From contig JAANOX010000188.1 of assembly GCA_020184695.1 (NCBI GenBank), positions 40,383 through 104,382 of the forward strand: DNA of 64,000 nucleotides, written 5' to 3'. Shown here one piece after another: positions 1 to 11,529 of this stretch (its first letter is position 1; each line of letters begins with the position of its first letter). The notes under the pieces were generated by a model. The model was not told the DNA's origin. It did not search any database and saw nothing but the letters and a program-made list of their open reading frames with translations. The DNA is from Histomonas meleagridis 2922-C6/04-290x (Eukaryota; Protista; Parabasalia). The position numbers and the translations under genes are program-made.

Positions 1-1
1 T

Positions 2-1537
2 AATTCACCAGTCGAAGCAAACTTCGAAGAATACATTCAAACAATGAAAAAATTAAAAAAAGCAATTTCAGTTCTTGAAAAACTTAATTTTAGGGAATCT
101 TCTATATCTAAGACAAAAATGTTAAGTCTTCAGTCTATAGGATGTGTAAATTTATTAAACTATTTCGAATCAATTATTAGACAAAATATAAAACCATTTC
201 CAATTTCTGATTTTGAATATAAAGGAGGTAAGTTTAATATTTGTAATGAAGAACTTATTAAAGATATAACATATCCCATTTCATCTGAAAATTTTAATGA
301 TCTTAATAAAATTTCAAATGTGCTTTCTGATATTTCATATGATTCATATATCAAAAAATATATTTATTATAGATTAATTTTTATTTATTCCTCATTAAGT
401 ACTTTGTTCCAAGAGTCTGAAGAACGTAAAATCATTGGAAAAACTTTTGATATTCTTGAGATTCCGATTTATGAACGTCATTCACATTCAATACATTTTC
501 TTATTAATTTTTTTCTTTTTCTCTTAAAAAGAGAAGCTGAAATTGCAAATAAAATATTTGGAAAAGGATATCATTCAATTCTAAGTAAAATTATGGATTC
601 TCCATTTGGTCAATTAACAAATGCAATACAAAAAATGCATTCTGATGCATATTCATCCCATATTAATGTATTTTTTGATCTTGACTTATTATCAACAATT
701 CAAAGTGCAATAAGTTCATTTGATCCAATTCATAATAAGGATTTAGTAGGTAGCCAAAGATTAAAAGTTCTTTCTGAAGTTATTCGACCTTTTCAAAATA
801 CGATACAGAAAGTACTTGATCTTTTTATGGAATCTGTCGAGAATCATGATTATTCAATGATTCCAAATGATGGAAATATTAGTCCTTTAACATCAAATAT
901 AATTCTTTTCCTTAAAGAACTTTCTCAATATCAAGATGTATTAAAAACAATTCCTAATTATTCTTTTGATACAATAACCACAACTACTATCAGTAATTTA
1001 ACATTAAATCTTTTAAATAAATCTAAACATTATCAAGATCAAGTTTTAACTCAGATATTTAATATAAATAATTTTAATTATGCATATAATTCTATTCAAC
1101 ACTTTGAAATTGATAAATTTATTAGTAATGAATCGCTAATAAATTTAGAAGAAATTATTCATAATTCACAAGAACAGTATGTTAAATTAACATGGGATAT
1201 CGCATTTTCAAAGCTTGATGAAAAAGAAGGTTTTGGAGAGATTAAAATGAAAGGCAAATTTGTTTCTTTAAATAAGAAACAAAGAAAAATAATTAAATAT
1301 CAGTTTCATGATTTCCTTGGAAAGTGTGATGAAATCATCTTAAAACATGAAAAGTATACCATATATAATCCAAAATACTTAAATGTGATTTTAAATGACA
1401 CAATAAGAAGGATAAACACAATTTATGTAAAGTATTGGTCAAAGTGGAAAGATAGTAATTTTTCAAAAACGCCTGAAAAATGGATTGTATATCAGCCTCC
1501 GATGCTCTGTAATCGTGTCACTTTACTTTATTCCTAA
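2..1537 (+). CDS. EXO70: Exocyst subunit Exo70-like (5' partial, frame open to the window edge)
   Basis: DGNISPLTSNIILFLKEL resembles the Exo70 DGTVHxLTS motif. C-terminal FSKTPEKWIVYQP resembles Exo70 FSKNPEKYIKYTP. No stop upstream of the ATG at 44. Confidence 0.72.
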   Translation, partial: NSPVEANFEEYIQTMKKLKKAISVLEKLNFRESSISKTKMLSLQSIGCVNLLNYFESIIRQNIKPFPISDFEYKGGKFNICNEELIKDITYPISSENFNDLNKISNVLSDISYDSYIKKYIYYRLIFIYSSLSTLFQESEERKIIGKTFDILEIPIYERHSHSIHFLINFFLFLLKREAEIANKIFGKGYHSILSKIMDSPFGQLTNAIQKMHSDAYSSHINVFFDLDLLSTIQSAISSFDPIHNKDLVGSQRLKVLSEVIRPFQNTIQKVLDLFMESVENHDYSMIPNDGNISPLTSNIILFLKELSQYQDVLKTIPNYSFDTITTTTISNLTLNLLNKSKHYQDQVLTQIFNINNFNYAYNSIQHFEIDKFISNESLINLEEIIHNSQEQYVKLTWDIAFSKLDEKEGFGEIKMKGKFVSLNKKQRKIIKYQFHDFLGKCDEIILKHEKYTIYNPKYLNVILNDTIRRINTIYVKYWSKWKDSNFSKTPEKWIVYQPPMLCNRVTLLYS

Positions 1538-1633
1538 TTAAAATTCTGTACTCTTTTTTCATTCAAATTTTATTAAATTCTATTAAAAATAATTGTGCCA
1601 CACAACATTCAGAATACATTTTGATCTTTATTA

Positions 1634-2314
1634 ATGTTTTGCATGTTTCTTTTAATATCTTTGGCCGAAAAACCAAGGCGGAGACGAAGCCATACGGCTA
1701 TCATTAATGATTTAACTGAAAAGCAAAATAATGAAGAATACAAATCCGATCAACATAGAGGAAGTAGAGATAAAAAAGCACACCATATCAGACACACAGA
1801 AGAAGGCTTGCAAAATCCAGTTGAAAATCCAAATGAAAACATAAATTTAGTCAATCAAATTCCTGAAGATGATTCTTCTCATAGAAAATCAGGGAGAAGT
1901 CGCAAAGATAGGCATAGCTCAAGACACAGTTCAAATAGGCATCACAGACGAAAGTCATCGAGTGATGATCAATGTAATTCTGATTCTGATTGTCATCAAA
2001 ATGCTAAATGTACTGAAGGGAAATGTGTATGCAATGAAGGTTATACAGGTGACGGATTAAATTGTGATTATTTATATAATCCTTATACCATGCAAATCAA
2101 AGAATTACTCAAAACATACAAAATTTTCATACCAATAGTCGTGGTTTTATGTTTGTTGATTATTTGGATGTGTTTTCGAAACAGAAAGAAAACCAAAAAT
2201 GAAAAAGTGTTTCAAAAACATTATCTACCAGTTACTCTCAACAAAAAACTTCAACCTCAAAACGAAGAGCAAGGATTCAACGTCCATTTTGAACCACTTA
2301 ATTCCCGTGGTTGA
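1634..2314 (+). CDS. Single-pass membrane protein with one EGF-like domain and a Ser/Arg/His-rich region
   Basis: Hydrophobic N-terminus. Six-Cys EGF pattern CNSDSDCHQNAKCTEGKCVCNEGYTGDGLNC. TM helix IFIPIVVVLCLLIIWMCF followed by a basic stop-transfer. Confidence 0.75.
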   Translation: MFCMFLLISLAEKPRRRRSHTAIINDLTEKQNNEEYKSDQHRGSRDKKAHHIRHTEEGLQNPVENPNENINLVNQIPEDDSSHRKSGRSRKDRHSSRHSSNRHHRRKSSSDDQCNSDSDCHQNAKCTEGKCVCNEGYTGDGLNCDYLYNPYTMQIKELLKTYKIFIPIVVVLCLLIIWMCFRNRKKTKNEKVFQKHYLPVTLNKKLQPQNEEQGFNVHFEPLNSRG

Positions 2315-2417
2315 GGATCCTCATGGTTTTCTGATCAGAAAACAGTAACTCAGCGCTTTATTATGTAAATCAAACAAATTTTTGAATTTTATGAACGTTT
2401 ACATTTCTGAGCTTATG

Positions 2418-3797
2418 TTAAGAAAACGGTTCCCTGCATATCGGACAATTTAATTGTTCCTCCATCCATCTTTTTAGACATTTTTCGTGAAAGCAATGCC
2501 CACATGGAGTCACCATTGACTTCTGATTTTCATGAATTATTTCAAAACAAATTGCACAATTCACATTATCTATTATTTCATGATCAAAGTAATCAAAACT
2601 TCTGTCTTTATGTTCAAAACATAATCTTCCGCCAAACTTATTTTGTAGAAGAACAATTATGCTTTGTAATAATGTATATGTTATTAAAATTATTCCATTC
2701 AAGGGATTATAAGTTCTGGAATAATTGTTTGGATATAGTAAGAAATAAACCAATGGAAACACTCTTTCAATAGTAATTACAATTACAAAAAATGTATCAT
2801 TTTTAGTTCCTTTTGCTGCATTCCAAGCAGAATGGAATATTTGTGGGATAAAAAACGAATATATGAAAAGTGATGGTAATAAATATATTTCATCACCAAA
2901 AAAATAAGTGAGCATTGTTTCAAAGAATAACAATAATATAAATATTGCCCAATAAGTGTCATAAACTAAATTTTGTCGATTTTCATCTCTTTGAAAATGT
3001 GAATATGAAACTATTATTCGAATATATATTACAGACCATACTAAAAGATAAAATGATGTAATAAATACATTTATAATCATAAAAAGTTTTCCAAGAAATT
3101 CTTTTTCAATGCTTATGAGCATAAATTGAGAATAACAAAAGGAAAATGTAATATGCATTGCAAATGAAATTGGAGAAAGTTTAGATATTTGTGCAGGTGA
3201 ATCGAAATTGTTTTTAATTGTTTTCCAACCATAACAAGAAAGAACAAATAAAATTGAAGAAATTATTGCAAATTTTTTTCCTTGTATAATATAGGGTAAA
3301 GCATCAATCTCAAAAGCATTAAAATGAAACTTAAAATTTGTTAAAACAATAACTCCTGTTATACATTTGTCACTTAAATAAACTTGTTTTCGAGGTGGTT
3401 TTATTCGACTCATACAACCCCATAAATATTTATAATCAATTATTGAATAATTCTGTTCGGTTAAATATTCCATTAAGTAAAAATTCATTTTATCAGGTGA
3501 ATCAGTAAATAAAATTGATCTTTTCGATATAATTTTCTGAAATATTTCTTCTGCATTTGTTATTCCCATGATTTTATTAGAATTAAAGGCAAAATAACAA
3601 TTTTTATCAGGAGATGATATTCCATTCATTTTAAATGTCATAACATTATATCCATTTAAAATCGAAACTAAAAAAGAACATTTATCTTCCTCATTTGACT
3701 CTAATATGATTTTAATTGATAAAGTTGTATTCTTTTTGAAGCTTTGAATCTTTTCTCTACCTATATATTTAGAAATTAAACTAATTAAAAATATCAA
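2418..3797 (-). CDS. Multi-pass transmembrane RING-H2 E3 ubiquitin ligase (Tul1-like); start codon uncertain (TTG)
   Basis: C-terminal CAIC...PCGHCFHEKC...CPIC RING-H2. About 7 hydrophobic segments. FIPQI motif as in the Tul1 family. Confidence 0.8.
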   Translation of the reverse strand: MIFLISLISKYIGREKIQSFKKNTTLSIKIILESNEEDKCSFLVSILNGYNVMTFKMNGISSPDKNCYFAFNSNKIMGITNAEEIFQKIISKRSILFTDSPDKMNFYLMEYLTEQNYSIIDYKYLWGCMSRIKPPRKQVYLSDKCITGVIVLTNFKFHFNAFEIDALPYIIQGKKFAIISSILFVLSCYGWKTIKNNFDSPAQISKLSPISFAMHITFSFCYSQFMLISIEKEFLGKLFMIINVFITSFYLLVWSVIYIRIIVSYSHFQRDENRQNLVYDTYWAIFILLLFFETMLTYFFGDEIYLLPSLFIYSFFIPQIFHSAWNAAKGTKNDTFFVIVITIERVFPLVYFLLYPNNYSRTYNPLNGIILITYTLLQSIIVLLQNKFGGRLCFEHKDRSFDYFDHEIIDNVNCAICFEIIHENQKSMVTPCGHCFHEKCLKRWMEEQLNCPICREPFS

Positions 3798-4146
3798 AAG
3801 ATTTTATTGTATTTGCTTAAGCAGTAAAAATAACCGAATGTTTTATTAAATTTTCATGAAGACTATAGTTAAAAACCTTTGCATTAACAAAGGTTTTCTT
3901 GAAAATATACTTTTTCTTCAAATAAAAAATAAATTTAATAAAAATCATTAATTTTTTATTTCAAATAAATTCAATGCTACATAATAATAATGTTGATTCG
4001 TATTGTTTCTTTAATAATTTTTAATTGATATATTGGTTCGATAAAATTATTCTTTTATCAATAAGATACGTTATAATAAAATTGTTGTATTGATATTTTC
4101 AATTTTGAAAATTCTATTTATAAAAAGAAAATACCAATTTCAAAAT

Positions 4147-4722
4147 TCATTTATTTTTCATAGTCTTTTTTACCTTCTTTTTTTCCCATAATTCTCTTCT
4201 ATCTCTTAAAATTAATGTTTCATAATAAAATGGATATAATCTATGTGAAATAATTTTTTTCCTTCTTAAAATTCCCATTTCTGTTCTATGTTTTAAAACT
4301 GTGTACCATCTATTTTTTATAGAGCATGAAGTTCTTCCCGGTAATTTATCTGCAATTTGTGTCCAATGATTTCCATAAGCTTCTCTTAATTGAATTATAT
4401 AGTCATCTTCCCATTGTTGATAAGGTGTTTTATTTATATCAGGATTAAGACGGAATTGCCATCTCTCACGACATTGTTTAGCAGTTCTTCCTGGTACTTG
4501 TTTAGAAATATCAGACCAACGAATCTTTCCATCACAATTAGCCATTGCATTTAATAATATTCTATCTTCTACTTCACTCCATTTTCCTTTTCCTGGTGTT
4601 TCTTTCATTTGTTTGTTATTAATCTGTGAAGGAAGTAAAAAAAACATACATGTATTAAAATATTCTTCAGTAGAAGCAGGAAGAGGTAAATCAGTAATTG
4701 GTGGTAAATTCTCTTGTAACAT
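4147..4722 (-). CDS. R2R3 Myb-like DNA-binding protein
   Basis: KGKWSEVED...W..IS..VPGRTAKQCRERW and WEDD...YGNHWTQIADKLPGRTSCSIKNRW Myb repeats. Confidence 0.92.
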   Translation of the reverse strand: MLQENLPPITDLPLPASTEEYFNTCMFFLLPSQINNKQMKETPGKGKWSEVEDRILLNAMANCDGKIRWSDISKQVPGRTAKQCRERWQFRLNPDINKTPYQQWEDDYIIQLREAYGNHWTQIADKLPGRTSCSIKNRWYTVLKHRTEMGILRRKKIISHRLYPFYYETLILRDRRELWEKKKVKKTMKNK

Positions 4723-5612
4723 GATAATTTTTATTGGCTTTTATAGCAATCAGATCATAATTCCAGAAAATCATAGATTTTATGAAGTTAAAAGAATATC
4801 TGAAATTAACATGCTAATTTTATCAATATTGATTTTCTTTTTGAAAGCAAAAACATTTAATTAATTTATAAAATTGAAGCAAAGTTGGTTTTATTTTTCA
4901 GATTATAACAATTTGTTTGAAAAAATAAACCTCAAAGATAAACAACTTTCAGAAAATAAAAAAGAATAAAAATTATAACAGCAGATGAATTTAGAAAGCA
5001 AACAATTTTATGTAATCATGATTATTTTGAGATAAAATTAAAACGATTTTTATAAAACATTTACCCGAAATATCAATAATATTCAAACATACCCTTTTTA
5101 TCTGTAATACAAATTTTATATAAATCCATTTATTAAATGATATAATAACATATAAAAATTAATTGAAACTCAAATTTTAACCAAAAATATTTATATATAT
5201 ATATAATATTTATTTTAATAAAGCTATAAATCAAACTAATTAATGATAAATAAAATTAATTTAAATACAAGATCTATTCTTTAAGGTACTTAATTAATCT
5301 CAAGACCAAAAAACTGGTGCTTGGGCATGATTTTGTAAACAATTCAATTATGAGGTACCCGTATTTTTTAGGGTCTGCCCCATCGTAAGATGGACGTTAA
5401 GGCCTAAACATAAACTAGTTTATTTAACTCAGAATTTTCTGTTGTAAAATAGTGAAGTGGTACTTATCATACGAGGAGCAGACTTAATTTCTTGAAATAT
5501 TCTGAAAAAATGTTAGGCTTTGCTGAACAAGGTGGTTAAATCTAATTAATTTAAACACAAACACATTTTTGTAAGAATATTCTCTTGATAAATCATTAAC
5601 ATATAAAGTGGT

Positions 5613-6682
5613 CATTCTCATTACACATCATATCATAAACAAACAAAATCATTTATACAAAACATTCTCATTACACATTATATCATAAACAAACAAAATC
5701 ATTTATACAAAACATTCTCATTACACATTATATCATAAACAAACAAAATCATTTATACAAAACATTCTCATTACACATTATATCATAAACAAACAAAATC
5801 ATTTATACAAAACATTCTCATTACACATTATATCATAAACAAACAAATCCACTTATACAAAACATTCTCATTACACATCATATCGCAAACAAACAAAATC
5901 ATTTATACAAAACATTCTCATTACACATTATATCATAAACAAAACAAAATCATTTATACAAAACATTCTCATTACACATTATATCATAAACAAACAAAAT
6001 CATTTATACAAAACATTCTCATTACACATCATATCATAAACAAACAAAATCATTTATACAAAACATTCTCATTACACATCATATCATAAACAAACAAAAT
6101 CATTTATACAAAACATTCTCATTACACATTATATCATAAACAAACAAATCCACTTATACAAAACATTCTCATTACACATTATATCATAAACAAACAAAAT
6201 CATTTATACAAAACATTCTCATTACACATTATATCATAAACAAACAAATCCACTTATACAAAACATTCTCATTACACATCATATCGCAAACAAACAAAAT
6301 CATTTATACAAAACATTCTCATTACACATTATATCATAAACAAACAAAATCATTTATACAAAACATTCTCATTACACATTATATCATAAACAAACAAAAT
6401 CATTTATACAAAACATTCTCATTACACATCATATCATAAACAAACAAAATCATTTATACAAAACATTCTCATTACACATCATATCATAAACAAACAAAAT
6501 CATTTATACAAAACATTCTCATTACACATCATATCATAAACAAACAAATCCACTTATACAAAACATTCTCATTACACATCATATCATAAACAAACAAAAT
6601 CATTTATACAAAACATTCTCATTACACATTATATCATAAACAAACAAATCCACTTATACAAAACATTCTCATTACACATTAT
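5613..6682. repeat. 50-bp tandem minisatellite, about 21.4 copies
   Basis: Unit CATTCTCATTACACAT(T/C)ATATCATAAACAAACAAAATCATTTATACAAAA repeats with period 50 (one copy is 51). No ORF. Confidence 0.98.
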
Positions 6683-6728
6683 ACACAAAATCTTTTACAA
6701 AACGCGAAATTCATTGACAAAATCCTTT

Positions 6729-9479
6729 TTACTTTTCATCTTTTTCTTCCTTTCCTACGTTCAGTCTCTTCTTTATATCATGCAGCCTCATTTCCGAGTG
6801 TTTCTTGAACGCCTTTGTGAACTCTATTGATTCCTGGCTCTTGTTCTTGAACAGCCACACCAAGCAGAACTCGAACGTTTCCTTTAAGAACAAATCATTT
6901 CTGAACAACGTGTGACTTGTCTTAAATATTGTCACTATTCTACCCATTGATTGTTTCAATATTTCGATAATTTTATTATTCAAATCCTTATCATTTTGTT
7001 TCAATATTTTTGCGGTGAATTCGAATATTCTTCGTATTAAGTTATCATTATTTTTAATTATATTTGATAAAGTTTCAGATAAACTTTTGTTACATAACAT
7101 TTTATATAATGATTTCGGCTTATCAACAAAGAAGTTCAATAATATCCAAGTGTTATGTAATATTAAGAAGTCGGAATCGATTAAATGTTTTGCTATAGCG
7201 TCTGAAAATTCGGGTTTTTCTACAATTACTTTCCGTGTAGTTTCTAATGTTAAGAATACATTTATAGCTTTAATTCTTTCTTTATATAAATTATTTGGGA
7301 TTTCATGTAAATTCGATACTAAAAATCCAACTGATGAAGATAACTTTTCTAAATTTAATTTGAAATCAATGATTAATCGATCATTAATTAATATTTTACA
7401 GATTGGTATTAATAACAAAGATAAATATCGATTATTATTTTCTAATGTATTTGTCTTATGAATTACATCATTTAATAAATCACATAATTCATTACATTGG
7501 AATTGGAAATATAATGTATTACTTGTATTAATAATATGATTTAAGATTTGCGCTATAGCATATGGTATATTATATATATTATTGTTATTGTTTTGTAATA
7601 AGTTCGGTAATATTTCCCCAATTTTGGTGATGGATTTCGCAAATAAAAATGCGGCTTGATTCATACATGAACAATGTGATATTGACCAAAGTTTAGATGA
7701 ATCATTCTCTTGTGAAATCCATGTCAAAAATTCGGACCCTAATAATATCCGATGAATTCGTGTGGAATTAGAATGTAATAACATTAGAAATGATCGATAT
7801 AAATCTGTTCCTTTCTTAGATGTACGTAACTCTCGTAAAAATGTCTGATCAAATATTATAGTCGATATTTTAGATGATATAGAATGACATTGTGAATATG
7901 CTATTGTATAAAACTTTTTCCCATTGTTCTCACGGAATAATGATAAAAAGTTATCTAAGAGATAAAAGCGATTAATTAAATTAAGTTTCTCATCATTATC
8001 TTTGATGGATGGTAACATCTCAACTCGATATGGTGAAATATAATTAACTAATGATGTTAACTGATGAAAACTTCGTAAGTTTTCGGGTAAAATTATAACA
8101 TTAATCAAATCAACAGATTCTGTGGTAGTTATATATGAATTTAAGAAGTTGCCAACATGTAACTTGTCTAATAATGAACGATTAGATAATTGTAATAATC
8201 GAATTATGTTTTCACGTTTGCCAATAATCGGATCAATTAATGAGACAAATTTTTTGCCATTAACATCGAGATTTAATATCTGTGTGTACTGTGCGGTGTT
8301 CAAATTGAAGTTAAGAATCTTAAAAATACAATTTATGTTGGTATAATCTAACTGATTTGTGGTAATTAAATTTTGGACTTTGTCAATGTTCTTCTCTGGA
8401 ATACCTAATACACAGACATTAGGTTTGATGGTGGTTTGACTTTTAGTGACGGGTTCATAAAGTCCATATGCAATACTATCAGATATAAATTTAGACTTAT
8501 CAATACCAAAGACATATAAAACATGACTACAACGAAGACCATGGGTTGAAAACTCTTTGGATTTGGACCGGACTAAGGAATTTAGATTTTGGATTTTCTC
8601 CGAGATATTTGTTAAGTTAGTGACTGGTGGGATTTCATTTGCCCAAGATAGAAAGGCGGTGTCTAACACAGGATTGGAAGGTTCAAATATGTCAGCTTCT
8701 TCATCTTTGATGGGATCTAATGTGGCGACCGTTTGCATGCCCTTTGGTGGAATTGGACAAGACCTTAATGTATCATAGGTAACGTTGCACCATTTAACAT
8801 ATGCTTCTTCATATTCTTCATAAAAGTCATAAAGTATAGGATTAGGTTCAGATGCAACTAATGATGAACACCATTGATCTTGACTTGTAAGATGATGTTT
8901 AAAACATAATGGATCACGTTTGGGTACTTGTTCAGGGAAAAGTTCTTCGGGATCAATTTCATCTTTTTGATATAATTTGGTAAGCATTAATAAATAATTA
9001 CGTGGAAGAAGTTGCCATAATTCAGGTTTAAATGTCCTGAAACGACCTGGGTGCGCTTTTTCTTCTTTGGTAAAGATTTTAGGAGGTTCTGGTAAATAAA
9101 ATTCTCCTGAAATTGGAATAGGAAGTGTAACATATGAAAAATATATTGAGGCTTCCTTATACCAAAGTTCAAAAGCTTGTTTAAAGTCTTCTTTGTTTTG
9201 ATATTCTTTTGGATTTGGAAAAGAAACCAAAATTTTGTCCTGTGGTTTAAATGTTGAAGGAAAAATATCTTTAGTGAATACATCCTGAAAGTCATTAGAA
9301 TTATTTAATGCATAAACATCCCCATTAATTGGTTGGTAATATTTGTCAAGAGGTGTAAAATCACCATTAATATAATAAGGAATTTGATCACCAGAAACAT
9401 GTTCATTAGCGTCATGAGGTGGGATGTCTATGAAATCATATGTCATTTTGAGTGTTGTTTCTAATCCTTTAGTCCTCAT
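6729..9479 (-). CDS. Large hypothetical protein; Pro-rich N-terminus, helical (ARM/HEAT-like) C-terminus
   Basis: 916-aa uninterrupted ORF in AT-rich DNA with an ATG start. Confidence 0.8.
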   Translation of the reverse strand: MRTKGLETTLKMTYDFIDIPPHDANEHVSGDQIPYYINGDFTPLDKYYQPINGDVYALNNSNDFQDVFTKDIFPSTFKPQDKILVSFPNPKEYQNKEDFKQAFELWYKEASIYFSYVTLPIPISGEFYLPEPPKIFTKEEKAHPGRFRTFKPELWQLLPRNYLLMLTKLYQKDEIDPEELFPEQVPKRDPLCFKHHLTSQDQWCSSLVASEPNPILYDFYEEYEEAYVKWCNVTYDTLRSCPIPPKGMQTVATLDPIKDEEADIFEPSNPVLDTAFLSWANEIPPVTNLTNISEKIQNLNSLVRSKSKEFSTHGLRCSHVLYVFGIDKSKFISDSIAYGLYEPVTKSQTTIKPNVCVLGIPEKNIDKVQNLITTNQLDYTNINCIFKILNFNLNTAQYTQILNLDVNGKKFVSLIDPIIGKRENIIRLLQLSNRSLLDKLHVGNFLNSYITTTESVDLINVIILPENLRSFHQLTSLVNYISPYRVEMLPSIKDNDEKLNLINRFYLLDNFLSLFRENNGKKFYTIAYSQCHSISSKISTIIFDQTFLRELRTSKKGTDLYRSFLMLLHSNSTRIHRILLGSEFLTWISQENDSSKLWSISHCSCMNQAAFLFAKSITKIGEILPNLLQNNNNNIYNIPYAIAQILNHIINTSNTLYFQFQCNELCDLLNDVIHKTNTLENNNRYLSLLLIPICKILINDRLIIDFKLNLEKLSSSVGFLVSNLHEIPNNLYKERIKAINVFLTLETTRKVIVEKPEFSDAIAKHLIDSDFLILHNTWILLNFFVDKPKSLYKMLCNKSLSETLSNIIKNNDNLIRRIFEFTAKILKQNDKDLNNKIIEILKQSMGRIVTIFKTSHTLFRNDLFLKETFEFCLVWLFKNKSQESIEFTKAFKKHSEMRLHDIKKRLNVGKEEKDEK

Positions 9480-10165
9480 TTGCTTTGTCTGTTGGTATTA
9501 AAAAATAAACTATAGAAAAAGGACGTTTCTCAATATGGTTTGTGAACTGACAAACTGCTTTTTCATTGAGATTCTGCGGTTGTTGTTTTTTTTTTCCTGT
9601 AGGTAATTTCTAAAAATGTTTAAAATTGGAACCGAAATAAAAATTTATATCAAAATTCTCGTCATGTATTATCATAAGGACAATGTTAATAGAAAAAACA
9701 TCATGTACTATGAATAACTTAAATTATTAATTTTCACAATGCATCGAAAAAAATAAAAAGAAATTGGTTTTTCAATATACACACCTTCTACAAAACTCCT
9801 GGTTTGATATAATACATCTTTTTATTGCTTAATATTGATGTGTATTGAATTTATTTCTACAAAAATCGAAATTTAACATCATGAAAATATTAGCGTTTTT
9901 CAACTTGAATAAAGTTTTAATGCAAAATAAAATCATAAATATATAAAACAATATTTTTAGAGTATGTCTATTAATATCCGGAAAAATATTTTCTTCTTTA
10001 TTCTTTTAACGAAAGTTTTAAATATGTAATGTAATCTATTGTTTTTATGAGAAATTATTTTTAAAAATAGCATTTTCTGGGAAATAAAAAACCAAATTCA
10101 TAAAAATATCAACATCTTATCCCATTTTATTTTCTGTCTAATATAATTATTTTTAAATTTTTTAA

Positions 10166-11470
10166 ATGAAATATTTTCATAATGAATTCATTAACAAAAC
10201 AAATAATGTTTTAAGTAATGGTTTCTCTATTGCTGCTTATGTTGCTAAAGAGATGAAGTTTTTAGAAGAAAGTGAATTTGCAGCCAAACGAGCTTTTAGT
10301 TATAATCCAATTAATGAAAAGGTATTAGAAAAATTTCCTCATTTTCAAACGTTGATTTCTATTGTGCATAAAAAAATTGATCATGAAATCTTAAGTGCAA
10401 TTATAAACTGGAAAAAATTAGGGAATTATTACTTCGTAATAGGTGACTTTCCAAATTCGTTTGCTGCTTATTCACATGCTCAAAATATGAATTCTAATGA
10501 AAAAGATCCTGTTTTTTTATATTTATTAGGTATAATTTATCATCATTATGATTATTATCAACATTCACTTTTATGTTTTAAAAAAGTTATTTTATATAAT
10601 CAGAATTATGATTTTTTAAGCGATATATATTTTAGATTGGGAATTGTTTATAGAAATATGAATAAATATTCAAAATCATTACAATATTTTAGGAAATCAC
10701 AATTAAATCCACCACATGGTTTAAGTTTAGAAGATATTATAATGCAAATTGCTCATACATATCATTTAATGAATGAAAATCAAAAAGCTGGCGAATTATA
10801 TATAGAACTTATTGGAAAGCATCAAAAAAATAAAATCATTAAACAAGAATATTATTGGTTTTTATTATCAATAGCAACGACAGAAAATTTAATAGAAATG
10901 TCAAATGAAATTAATGAAAATTTAAAGAATTCTGGGTTCGATCCTATTTATTATCATATTTTAGCAAAAATTCACATGAAATTAAATGATTATGCAACAT
11001 CACTTCGTTTATTTCAATTATGCGTAGAATATTTTAATGATAATCCTATTTATTGGTGTAATATAGGTTCACTTTATTGTTTATATGGTAATTATCAAGC
11101 TGCAATTATATCATTTCAAAAGGCAATTTATTTAAAGAAAGATGTAGTTGAAGCATGGTTAAACATGGGTTATATTTATGAGCGTCAATATGATATCCAA
11201 AATGCAATAAATATTTATTCAATTGGAAAGCAAAACTGTCCTGAAAATCTCGAAATTATTAAAAGATTTTTCGAATTACAAAAAACAAATAACAAAGAAC
11301 AAATAAAATCACAACTAATTAACATTGATTGTTCAAAGACATTTATGCAACATTCAGAACAATTTGCTAATGAATATGTAAAAGCAGTCCCATTGTTTCC
11401 ATCATCATGTTTTGATGAGACAATAGATTTTAACATGTTGTCTACATTGCCTAAATCAAACTTTTTGTGA
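10166..11470 (+). CDS. TPR protein, Ssn6/Cyc8-like
   Basis: Multiple TPRs. NPIYWCNIGSLY and PPHGLSLEDIIMQIAHTY resemble Ssn6/Cyc8 TPR segments. Confidence 0.65.
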   Translation: MKYFHNEFINKTNNVLSNGFSIAAYVAKEMKFLEESEFAAKRAFSYNPINEKVLEKFPHFQTLISIVHKKIDHEILSAIINWKKLGNYYFVIGDFPNSFAAYSHAQNMNSNEKDPVFLYLLGIIYHHYDYYQHSLLCFKKVILYNQNYDFLSDIYFRLGIVYRNMNKYSKSLQYFRKSQLNPPHGLSLEDIIMQIAHTYHLMNENQKAGELYIELIGKHQKNKIIKQEYYWFLLSIATTENLIEMSNEINENLKNSGFDPIYYHILAKIHMKLNDYATSLRLFQLCVEYFNDNPIYWCNIGSLYCLYGNYQAAIISFQKAIYLKKDVVEAWLNMGYIYERQYDIQNAINIYSIGKQNCPENLEIIKRFFELQKTNNKEQIKSQLINIDCSKTFMQHSEQFANEYVKAVPLFPSSCFDETIDFNMLSTLPKSNFL

Positions 11471-11529
11471 ATTTTTTTTTTATTAAAAAAAACTAATTTT
11501 CAAATTCTATTGATAAATAAAATTTCATT

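Noticed and set aside
5613-6682. CRISPR array
   Set aside because: The units are contiguous near-identical 50-mers with no unique spacers, there are no cas genes, and the context is eukaryotic.
5613-6682. Repetitive coding sequence
   Set aside because: The 50-bp unit cycles through all frames and hits TAA on the plus strand and TGA on the minus strand.
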